Shown in pieces: positions 45,841-53,549 of a stretch of DNA of 64,000 bases (positions are counted from its first letter, which is position 1; every line of letters begins with the position of its first letter). The translations under genes were made by a program, and so were the position numbers. The stretch is taken from the sequence record OK040170.1. The stretch is one strand, 5' to 3'. The notes beneath the pieces are model-generated. The model saw only the letters and a list, made by a program, of their open reading frames with translations. It searched no databases and had not been told where the DNA came from.

Positions 45841-46301
45841 TGTTCCTTGAAACGTATCGTGATATGTGGAGATCCTTCTATACTCGCTACCGTTACGAAG
45901 GGGCAAAAGGAAAGGTCTTTAAATTCGCCGTATCTGAAGACGTGGTCGATACATTAGATAAACGCATGGCGGTAATATTCCTAAAAGATCCTGGGCAAGA
46001 ACCTAAGCTCCTTTGGGTCTATTACAACGAACCCATTTACCCTACAGTTTTCATCAGAGCACTGAAGGCTGCAGGCGTTATTAAAGAGGGTATCGGTTAC
46101 GAACACGGGTGCGCTGCTAATCTCAGTGTGTCTAGACACTCTCGTAGCGATGTCTGGCAGATCTACACGGGTTCGCGGCCATTGTTGAAAGTAGGGTTGT
46201 TTAGCTCTACGTTCTACGCCAAAGCTATCGATCATGTCGGCTTCTTGGTAAATGACCATAAAGCCTTTCTCAAATTCTGTACTAATAAGGGTCTAAAATG
46301 A
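45840..46301 (+). CDS. Hypothetical protein
   Basis: Coupled ORF. Confidence 0.65.
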   Translation: MFLETYRDMWRSFYTRYRYEGAKGKVFKFAVSEDVVDTLDKRMAVIFLKDPGQEPKLLWVYYNEPIYPTVFIRALKAAGVIKEGIGYEHGCAANLSVSRHSRSDVWQIYTGSRPLLKVGLFSSTFYAKAIDHVGFLVNDHKAFLKFCTNKGLK

Positions 46302-47368
46302 GCATTGCTACATTAGAGAAATATAAAAAAGGTTTCCATGAATCTAAGCGATTTACTCCTTGGATGGTTAACTTTGCCGAAGGTTTCATCGACCTATTCC
46401 TCGTAGCAGATGGGGAGTACTCTTATTTGTTGAGTAGTCGTTTTACGTTGCACGAGCTGAGTGGTCACATCTCCGACCAACCTGCGTTACTCGCAGCGGT
46501 CACTGCCATATGGCAATCAAACCCTAACCTGGTTCGCGTTGTACTGCGCGTTTGTGATCTTTTACAAAACGGTCATCGACTCGACGTACTGGAAGAGATC
46601 GATCCAAGTAAGGTTAAGTACGACCAGATGTCGGATGTAACCTATTACGAAGGTTACGATATCGTTAAACAGGGCGACGAGTGGCTGGCGGTCTATCGTT
46701 CGAGAGTCCATCCTAGCGATACTTACAGCACCTGGCAAAGTTTCGGGGAACGTACTCCGGTTAAGTTCCCATACGACCCGCTGGATGAAGCGGAGAAGAC
46801 TTACTACACGACCCCGTATATCCCACTTCCGTCTGGCGGTGAGGAACTGGAGTATACGGCCATTCCTAAAGGGACGGATGTTGATCTCTGGTTAGCTGAA
46901 CGGGCAACTAAGTACTACTACGGCGTTAAGTATACCGAATACGGTAGTACTGTCTGTTTCCTTACTGCGGAACAGGTGACTGCAATTGCTGAGTTATGGG
47001 TAGGTAAACTCTCCACTGATGCGTTGGTTAAATCGTTAGAAGCAAAAGATCCGATGCTAGCTCACCAGATCTTACAACTCTACGGTATGATCTACATTCC
47101 GTCTATCCATCTCCCGCCGCTCTACGTAGGCCACGTACATTCTCACCTGCCGGGTATCATGTCACCTGCGCCTAAGTACGACAGTTTTGTACTGGCTGTA
47201 GATCCAGATAAGGTTCCAGCCTTCCTGGATAAAATGGGTACGCGTTACGAGGCGTTCTTTGCTCGTGACGAAAAAGGAAACTACCAACCCGCTAAAGTCA
47301 AGCATTTCAAAATGACTGAGGTTGACATCGGTAGCCTGAAGTTGAAGACCTTCCCTTCTAAACTTTAA
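46298..47368 (+). CDS. Hypothetical protein
   Basis: 356-aa ORF; terminator follows. Confidence 0.7.
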   Translation: MSIATLEKYKKGFHESKRFTPWMVNFAEGFIDLFLVADGEYSYLLSSRFTLHELSGHISDQPALLAAVTAIWQSNPNLVRVVLRVCDLLQNGHRLDVLEEIDPSKVKYDQMSDVTYYEGYDIVKQGDEWLAVYRSRVHPSDTYSTWQSFGERTPVKFPYDPLDEAEKTYYTTPYIPLPSGGEELEYTAIPKGTDVDLWLAERATKYYYGVKYTEYGSTVCFLTAEQVTAIAELWVGKLSTDALVKSLEAKDPMLAHQILQLYGMIYIPSIHLPPLYVGHVHSHLPGIMSPAPKYDSFVLAVDPDKVPAFLDKMGTRYEAFFARDEKGNYQPAKVKHFKMTEVDIGSLKLKTFPSKL

Positions 47369-47377
47369 AACATAGAC

Positions 47378-47397
47378 GAGTAGGGGAAACCCTACTC
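47378..47397 (+). terminator. Intrinsic terminator (GAAA tetraloop)
   Basis: GAGTAGGG-GAAA-CCCTACTC followed by GCTTTT. Confidence 0.75.
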
Positions 47398-47436
47398 GCT
47401 TTTAACGTATCGCCGACTACTATAGAGAGGTGTTAC

Positions 47437-48123
47437 ATGGAACAATTAATTGAGTTTGCTAAGACGTTCGCAATCGCTGCCCATTCTGCAATCGGGCAAA
47501 AGAGAAAGGGTAGCGACATCCCTTACTGGAGACATCCAGAGCAAGTCGCCAATATCGTAAGTCGTTACCATCCGATTCCTTCGCTCATCGCGGCAGCGTG
47601 GCTCCACGACGTATTGGAGGATACTCAGTCGGAGAAGCGGGACATTGCTTATGCGTTCTTGAATTCAAGGACGTTGCTGGATAAGGCAAGTAGTGAGATG
47701 ACGATGGCTATGAATATACTGACTGAACTTACCGATGAGTTCAAGGGTACTCCTGGCGTTAATCGTCTGTACCGTGTTTCAGCAGAAATCCTTCGCCATT
47801 CTCGTTGCGACCTGGATGGATTTTGGGTCGTTAAGATTGGGGACGTACTCTCTAATCTTTCGTGTAAGGATACCGTAGATCTTTCTTTCCTTCCGGTGTT
47901 CTTGTCAGAGACGTATACGTTAATGACTATGGCGCCGGAGCGCATCAAGGCTTTACCTATTTATCTCGATCTCATGACCGAGTTCGATAAGTATGAAGAA
48001 GAGGTTCAATTCAAAGAATCGCTTCGAACCGCTACTTACCGTGTAGCGATAAAAACGCTTAACGCTAAATTCCCAAAACCTTTTACTCAGGAGCAACTCC
48101 GTGACTACTTCACTTCGAAATGA
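47437..48123 (+). CDS. HD-domain hydrolase, SpoT/Mesh1-like (p)ppNpp hydrolase family
   Basis: 'FA.AAH..IGQKRKGSDIPYWRHPEQVA', 'AAWLHDVLEDT', 'VKIGD..SN'. Confidence 0.75.
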   Translation: MEQLIEFAKTFAIAAHSAIGQKRKGSDIPYWRHPEQVANIVSRYHPIPSLIAAAWLHDVLEDTQSEKRDIAYAFLNSRTLLDKASSEMTMAMNILTELTDEFKGTPGVNRLYRVSAEILRHSRCDLDGFWVVKIGDVLSNLSCKDTVDLSFLPVFLSETYTLMTMAPERIKALPIYLDLMTEFDKYEEEVQFKESLRTATYRVAIKTLNAKFPKPFTQEQLRDYFTSK

Positions 48124-48547
48124 TTTCCCACAAGTTCACTTTAACCTGCTGTCTTCTTACGGTCTGGCAGAAGCTTCGGTCGGCTTCATCGACGGTCAAC
48201 TGAAACGTAACAACGGCTCTCTGATGGCGCTTAAAGCGAACATGGTAACTAACGTTGCCCGTGCGCTGTATCACAGCGACTATCGCCAGGAACGTACCAT
48301 CGGGGAAATCAAAGAGCAACTTCGCTCTATGAGTCTTTACGAGCTGGGTGTGTTGGGCTATGCGATGACTATCGGGGAAGATAACTTCACCTTTGGTTAT
48401 ATCCAGAACGACGAAGCGCCAACTGCGACTACCGTTGCCGAGCTGCTGCGCGAAATCCAATCTGCGTTCACCGAGCGCGGTAACACCGTAGCCGATAATA
48501 TCCTGGCTGCACTCGTAACCGAATATGACAACAAGGCCCTCAACTGA
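48101..48547 (+). CDS. Hypothetical protein
   Basis: RBS AGGAG before GTG; biased codons. Confidence 0.7.
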   Translation: MTTSLRNDFPQVHFNLLSSYGLAEASVGFIDGQLKRNNGSLMALKANMVTNVARALYHSDYRQERTIGEIKEQLRSMSLYELGVLGYAMTIGEDNFTFGYIQNDEAPTATTVAELLREIQSAFTERGNTVADNILAALVTEYDNKALN

Positions 48548-48897
48548 TGTCTACGCCATACGAGCAGTTAGTTGTAAACAGAGCGGCCGGGGTTTCTATC
48601 CGCTACTCCAACTTCAAGGACGACCAAAGCCTGGATCATTGCAAAATGGTAAACCGGGCTTACCATAGCTCGGATGAGGACATCGTTGTAGGTGACTTCA
48701 AAGAGGGTGATATTATCGTAGCGCTGAGTGTCAGGATGAATCAACCTGAACCAAAGAAGAACACTTGGAGCACTCAGTACTACCGCACCTTTATGCTGCG
48801 TGTGTTCGCTAAAACAAACAGCGAAGCATTCAAAGCTGCAAACAAATATCTGGATGAACATCCGGAGCTGATTAAAACCATCCCGCAAGGAGAGTAA
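48547..48897 (+). CDS. Hypothetical protein
   Basis: TGATG coupling. Confidence 0.7.
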   Translation: MSTPYEQLVVNRAAGVSIRYSNFKDDQSLDHCKMVNRAYHSSDEDIVVGDFKEGDIIVALSVRMNQPEPKKNTWSTQYYRTFMLRVFAKTNSEAFKAANKYLDEHPELIKTIPQGE

Positions 48898-48898
48898 T

Positions 48899-49075
48899 AT
48901 GGACGAAGGCCAAGATACCAACTCAGGAATAATTTGGGGTGTTGGGTTAATCCTGGCGTCCTTATTCATCATCTTTACTCTGGTCTGCGCTATAATCTGG
49001 AGAGCCGTTGGTTCCCTGGGCAGCGCAACCATCACATTCATCAAACGGGGTACTCGTTATGTACTACGACGGTAA
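48899..49075 (+). CDS. 58-aa single-TM protein (not in the ORF track)
   Basis: RBS AAGGAG; starts MDEGQDTNSGIIWGVGLILASLFIIF. Confidence 0.6.
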   Translation: MDEGQDTNSGIIWGVGLILASLFIIFTLVCAIIWRAVGSLGSATITFIKRGTRYVLRR

Positions 49076-49376
49076 TGAGTTACGTGAGCGTTTCGTTGCT
49101 GATATCAAAAAGATCGCTGATGAAGTTCGTGAAGGGACAAGTCACGATAAAGTCGGCCAAGTAGTCAAAGAGCTACTTGAATACATGGACGGTACTCACA
49201 AGCTCAGTGTCAATCCGATGCTCCTCTACGTTGATGCCATGGAGCAAGATAAGATCAATAAGTTAATGATGGCTGGTGATCAGATTATTGAAGATCCTAT
49301 CTGCATTAACACGGGCGAATATCTCGCCCCTCACTTTAAGGTGAAGCGCGATGACCCAAAGTCGATACACGAGTAA
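49059..49376 (+). CDS. Hypothetical protein
   Basis: ATG 49059 preferred over the track TTG. Confidence 0.6.
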   Translation: MYYDGNELRERFVADIKKIADEVREGTSHDKVGQVVKELLEYMDGTHKLSVNPMLLYVDAMEQDKINKLMMAGDQIIEDPICINTGEYLAPHFKVKRDDPKSIHE

Positions 49377-49692
49377 AGACCTCAATATGGAAGTCTTTGC
49401 TCAGGAACTGGAGCAGGGCTATCTGCACGAAGATATAGCGTACCGCTACGATGTTCCGGTAAGCGACATTGAACGAATGCATACGCTCTTACGACTGACC
49501 GAGTATTCTGCCCGTACTGGGAATGCTATTTGCTTCCCGTTGCCATCGTTCGCATTTCCTGCCGATGAGTCTACTGCGGATCTTTTACGCTATACTCCAC
49601 GCAGTCCAAGGATGGACTCGGTTAATTTGAATCTCACCATGGATGAAATCCTCGACGATCGTTGTCCAGGTGAGATCTATCTGGAGAAGTAA
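49351..49692 (+). CDS. Putative HTH-containing protein
   Basis: 'LEQGYLHEDIAYRYDVPVSDIERM' is HTH-like and similar to 61232-61528. Confidence 0.55.
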   Translation: MTQSRYTSKDLNMEVFAQELEQGYLHEDIAYRYDVPVSDIERMHTLLRLTEYSARTGNAICFPLPSFAFPADESTADLLRYTPRSPRMDSVNLNLTMDEILDDRCPGEIYLEK

Positions 49693-49693
49693 A

Positions 49694-50152
49694 ATGAAAT
49701 TTGCTTTCTACAAGGGTCAGCGGGGTAAGTTTACTAAGGCTAACCGCGCATTGACTTCAATGGCTAATATCAAGGTCGGTGTCTCTGCTAGTCTGGGTTT
49801 CAACAACACAGTGATCTATACTGACGGCGGTACACTTAATGTCTTGATGCTTGGCGATCGGATGTTACGCACCTCGGTGATTTATGTCAAGTCACTCAAA
49901 CCGAAACGCATCCCTGGCAAAGACGGGAATGTGACATTCACTTCGGTTAGTATCGATACGGATATCGTAGGTTACGGTGATCTTGGCCTGACTTCTGGTT
50001 TCCGTGTATTGGGTGAGCGTATCGTCAATGAGATTAATCGTGGTACCTTCGACGTGGCGAAACTTATTTACTGTCGCGACCATGGTCACTCTACCGTAAC
50101 TGAAGGCTTGGCTGAAACAGAGCCAGGCGAAGAGTTTTACGTTAAGGCGTAA
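49694..50152 (+). CDS. Hypothetical protein
   Basis: ATG 49694 after RBS GGAG. Confidence 0.7.
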   Translation: MKFAFYKGQRGKFTKANRALTSMANIKVGVSASLGFNNTVIYTDGGTLNVLMLGDRMLRTSVIYVKSLKPKRIPGKDGNVTFTSVSIDTDIVGYGDLGLTSGFRVLGERIVNEINRGTFDVAKLIYCRDHGHSTVTEGLAETEPGEEFYVKA

Positions 50153-50260
50153 TTAAATGTCAACTAACCGTTCTCGCCAGCGGGCGAATACTTATTCCGA
50201 AAAACTACCTAGCCCTAGGGGATAGTCTTCTAGGGCTGATGGTTATTTGGAATATCAATA

Positions 50261-50506
50261 ATGTCAAATCGTACTCGTGCTTTCCGTCGTTACAAACGTG
50301 AACTTAAGAAACAAGCTGTTCGTCGCTATGGCGTTGCTGGTTACTGGTTCAATGGCGATAATCCCGTTAGTGACAAAGTCGTTATCGGTAAGGTTGCTAC
50401 GACACCTAAAGCATGTAGTTGCTGGATGTGCGCCAATCACGGTAAGGTATTCGGTGAGCGTTTCTCCGATACTCGTCGTAAGTTGAAGCACACCGGCGGT
50501 GAGTAA
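50261..50506 (+). CDS. Small basic protein with a CSCxxC motif
   Basis: 'GKVATTPKACSCWMCAN' phage-family pattern. Confidence 0.7.
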   Translation: MSNRTRAFRRYKRELKKQAVRRYGVAGYWFNGDNPVSDKVVIGKVATTPKACSCWMCANHGKVFGERFSDTRRKLKHTGGE

Positions 50507-50513
50507 TCATAAC

Positions 50514-50535
50514 GGCTAGGGGAAATCCCCTAGCC
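50514..50535 (+). terminator. Terminator hairpin
   Basis: GGCTAGGGG-AAAT-CCCCTAGCC. Confidence 0.7.
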
Positions 50536-50555
50536 TATTTCTGGAGTTATACAAG

Positions 50556-50861
50556 ATGGTCATGATGTCTTTACCTACCGCAATCGTTGCTGCAAGTGAC
50601 ATGGAAGAAACCTTTGGTGAAACCGTTACTCATGGCGGCTTCTCCGATAACGGTATGTTCCTTCTGTCTAACGACGGTAAGTTCCGTAACATCGTAGGGA
50701 GTAGTGATGACGGACGTAAACTCTGGGATGAGTTAACTAAAGCTCGTACTATGGGTAAACCTATCCTCTGGGGCACTGGCTTCTTCAGTGAGGATCTGGT
50801 ACTGAAAGGGTTCGGTGAGGAACTCGATAAGTCTTACCGTAAAAGTTACCAAATGAAATAA
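50556..50861 (+). CDS. Hypothetical protein
   Basis: RBS GGAG. Confidence 0.7.
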   Translation: MVMMSLPTAIVAASDMEETFGETVTHGGFSDNGMFLLSNDGKFRNIVGSSDDGRKLWDELTKARTMGKPILWGTGFFSEDLVLKGFGEELDKSYRKSYQMK

Positions 50862-50870
50862 ATCTCACAT

Positions 50871-50888
50871 CTATATCACTCTATTGAT
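50871..50888 (+). promoter_or_regulatory. Early-type phage promoter
   Basis: CTATATCACTCTATTGAT. Confidence 0.65.
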
Positions 50889-50954
50889 AACGAATCAAAT
50901 AAATGTTTTCGTTATCAATAACCATTCATTCAAACTGCAAAATAGGAGACTAAC

Positions 50955-51302
50955 ATGTCTAATGCAAACCAAACTAAAACCACCTTCTCTCTCGCTGATA
51001 TCGAAGCTCAAGTCATGGAACTCGAAGGTATCCGTATCGTCTTCCACGCTCCAGCTCGCTTGAAACTTACCGGCGTTTCCTACGCTGATAAATACAGCAA
51101 CAAAGTTGCCCATAACGGTAATGCGACTTTGCTCATCAACCGCGTGAAAGCAGTTATCAAAGGCGCTGTGAACGGTAACCAGCGCGGCTGGCTTTCCACC
51201 TACCCAATCACCGAAATCGATTTCGTTATCGTCGACGGTACCGGTAACGTACCTAACGGCGGCACGCACATCAAAACCATCCGTGATTCTTACTCTAAGT
51301 AA
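50955..51302 (+). CDS. Monocistronic early hypothetical protein
   Basis: RBS AGGAG; strongly biased codons; has its own promoter and terminator. Confidence 0.8.
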   Translation: MSNANQTKTTFSLADIEAQVMELEGIRIVFHAPARLKLTGVSYADKYSNKVAHNGNATLLINRVKAVIKGAVNGNQRGWLSTYPITEIDFVIVDGTGNVPNGGTHIKTIRDSYSK

Positions 51303-51311
51303 TAATCAATA

Positions 51312-51342
51312 AATAAAGGGGCTTCGGCTCCTTTATTTTTTT
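51312..51342 (+). terminator. Intrinsic terminator (UUCG)
   Basis: AATAAAGGGGC-TTCG-GCTCCTTTATT followed by a T run. Confidence 0.8.
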
Positions 51343-51361
51343 GTTCAATTTGGAGATACTC

Positions 51362-51796
51362 ATGACTTTAGCAAATGAACCGGCTGGGGAAGTTGTACTC
51401 ATCAGCTGCAAGGTTAAGTCTCTCGGACTAGAGTTCATCTCCGAGTTGACTTACAAAATGGAAGAAGACGTTTCAGTTATCGCCGGGCAATCTGTTCAGC
51501 GTTTATTGAACGAGGTACGTAAGTTAGCTGCTAGCGTTAACAAACGAACTTTCTTTCTGATCTACCCATGGGAGTTCCTGAAGGTTTCTTGCGAATCAGA
51601 TATCGATTATATCTCCTTATTCGAGGAGGCTATAAAAGATACTCTGGTTACCCTCTTGATCTTCCACAAACCGTCCACATTCAAATATAACGACGGTACC
51701 CATCCAAAGTTACGGGGTAAAATTAAAACCTCGTACAGGCTCTCTAAGACAGAATTCTCACGCACCATCGTAAAGGTAAAAGGAAAATTATGTTGA
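51362..51796 (+). CDS. Hypothetical protein
   Basis: ATG 51362 after RBS GGAG. Confidence 0.65.
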   Translation: MTLANEPAGEVVLISCKVKSLGLEFISELTYKMEEDVSVIAGQSVQRLLNEVRKLAASVNKRTFFLIYPWEFLKVSCESDIDYISLFEEAIKDTLVTLLIFHKPSTFKYNDGTHPKLRGKIKTSYRLSKTEFSRTIVKVKGKLC

Positions 51797-52158
51797 CTCG
51801 CTATGAACGTATTGAGTTTCTCCTTAAGTCAACGGGCTCGGATATTAAGGTAGTTCGCCGGAACCTACCAAAGATCAGCGATCAGCTTCGTAAGAAGTGG
51901 AATACTCGCGGTCTGATATTTGATGCCATTGATTCTAATGGCCGTGCATTAGAGATGCGCCTGCTTCTTATCTACTTCAGAATCCCTGAAGGTAAGCTGT
52001 TGAAGTTAAACTGGCGTAAGTTTAAGAAATCTGTATCCAAGGAACTAGGTCAGGAATTCGTCCAATGTTTCAATCGCCCCAAACCGCATTGGATCGTTTC
52101 AAAGATCTCTGAGGATCGCGACTACTTTAATGTCTGGGTTTCAGATAAAAAACCATAG
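51790..52158 (+). CDS. Basic hypothetical protein
   Basis: RBS AAGGA. Confidence 0.65.
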   Translation: MLTRYERIEFLLKSTGSDIKVVRRNLPKISDQLRKKWNTRGLIFDAIDSNGRALEMRLLLIYFRIPEGKLLKLNWRKFKKSVSKELGQEFVQCFNRPKPHWIVSKISEDRDYFNVWVSDKKP

Positions 52159-52210
52159 TGCCTCCGAAAGGACGGCACAAAAGAAAGGGCCGAAGCCCTT
52201 TCTTTTTTTT
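52158..52210. terminator. Back-to-back terminators at a convergent junction
   Basis: GTGCC-TCC-GAAA-GGA-CGGCAC, then AAAGAAAGGGC-CGAA-GCCCTTTCTTT (UUCG loop on the - strand). Confidence 0.75.
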
Positions 52211-52224
52211 GCTTTTTTGATGAC

Positions 52225-53496
52225 TTAGTCGATGCACTTCTCGATCAGGTCAAGTTCTGCGTTAGCCACTTTGAAGAAGTGACTGGTGTACGCAGCTACC
52301 GGGCCGGTGTAGCAACGAGTGTACATGCGAGACATGGAGTTAACCAGAGCCCACATGGAACGAGTGTCTTCGCCTTCCAGGATCCAGGTGATAACACCAG
52401 ACAGTTCAGCAGATGCCCAGTCGATGTTTGCCATGGCGTTGGTTTTGGAGAAGGTTGCCAGGGTACCTGATGCAGTTTTCAGTTTACGGATGATGCCAGT
52501 TGCACTGGACTTATCCATGCCCTTGAACTTAACGGCGGAAGAGTGGTCGTTACTGGCCGGTCCGATATCAACCAGAGTCTTCTTAGCTGCGTTAGGGATC
52601 TGGTTAGCTTCAGTTACCTGAGTACCGAAGTTAGAACCCACGTAGAAAGAACCCAGCTCTTTGGAGTTTTCACCGTACAGGCCTTTGGCTTGTTTCTGGA
52701 AGTCGTTGAACAACTTAACCAGTTTGCCACGCAGGTCATCGCGCAGACGGTCATTGTCTTTACCGCGACCAGAGTTACGAGCAGCCTGGACTACTACTTC
52801 CAGGAATTTGTCGTATTCACCAGCGGTCAGTTTGGACAGACCTACACCTTTACCCTGGACATCCCGGATGAAGGTTTCCACAGCAGAGTTCAGGGCAGCG
52901 GCGTTATCGATCTGATCATTACCTACGGTCAGGGCGCGTTTAGCCAGAGCTTTAGGAACGTCGACTTCTTCTTTGAATTCGCCGGAACCTACTTTACTTT
53001 CTACTTCCTGAATACGTTTCTTCAGAGCGCCCAGGCGAGTGAAGGTTGATTTCATAAAGTCGGTGAAGGCATCTTTCGCAGATTCTACCAGATCACCAAC
53101 GGCGCCGACCAGGGCTTTGATTTTGTCCTGGAAGCCTTCCAGGGAAACGGTGGAGTCTACATACGCTTCCATCGAAGGCATGACTTCTTCCACTTCGATA
53201 CCGGTGCCGTCCAGGTTAGCGGCGGTCGCTTGTTCGATCAGCGCAACTTCGTTGATCGGGGTATTTTGGTTTGGGTTGATTTCGCTTTCGATGAACTCGC
53301 ACATGTCGGTCATGCGATCGGCGCGGTCGGTCAGATTCTCTGACTCATCCAGGCGGTCAGCGATACCGTTGCGGCCTTCTTCCAATTCAACTGCCAGTTC
53401 GGCGTCATCGACATAATCAGGGATGTCGATTGATTCAAACGCTGGGCAGGAGAATTCTTCGCGTTTCTGTTGGATGATATTCCGGGTGTGTTTCAT
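52225..53496 (-). CDS. phiKZ-like internal head (inner body) protein
   Basis: Acidic ~120-aa propeptide ending 'PSMEAYVDSTVSLE|GF', matching the S/A/G-X-E head-protease consensus, followed by a helical body. Confidence 0.75.
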   Translation of the reverse strand: MKHTRNIIQQKREEFSCPAFESIDIPDYVDDAELAVELEEGRNGIADRLDESENLTDRADRMTDMCEFIESEINPNQNTPINEVALIEQATAANLDGTGIEVEEVMPSMEAYVDSTVSLEGFQDKIKALVGAVGDLVESAKDAFTDFMKSTFTRLGALKKRIQEVESKVGSGEFKEEVDVPKALAKRALTVGNDQIDNAAALNSAVETFIRDVQGKGVGLSKLTAGEYDKFLEVVVQAARNSGRGKDNDRLRDDLRGKLVKLFNDFQKQAKGLYGENSKELGSFYVGSNFGTQVTEANQIPNAAKKTLVDIGPASNDHSSAVKFKGMDKSSATGIIRKLKTASGTLATFSKTNAMANIDWASAELSGVITWILEGEDTRSMWALVNSMSRMYTRCYTGPVAAYTSHFFKVANAELDLIEKCID

Positions 53497-53528
53497 GGTA
53501 GTCTCTAGTCCTTGGATACGGATAAAAA

Positions 53529-53544
53529 GGCCGGTAAACCGGCC
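53529..53544 (-). terminator. Terminator hairpin after the tailspike gene
   Basis: GGCCGGT-TT-ACCGGCC followed by TTTTT on the - strand. Confidence 0.65.
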
Positions 53545-53549
53545 ATTTG

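Noticed and set aside
50158-50301. 47-codon ORF starting MSTNRSRQ
   Set aside because: It runs through a strong hairpin (near 50212-50237) and overlaps the next gene out of frame. Not supportable without expression data.
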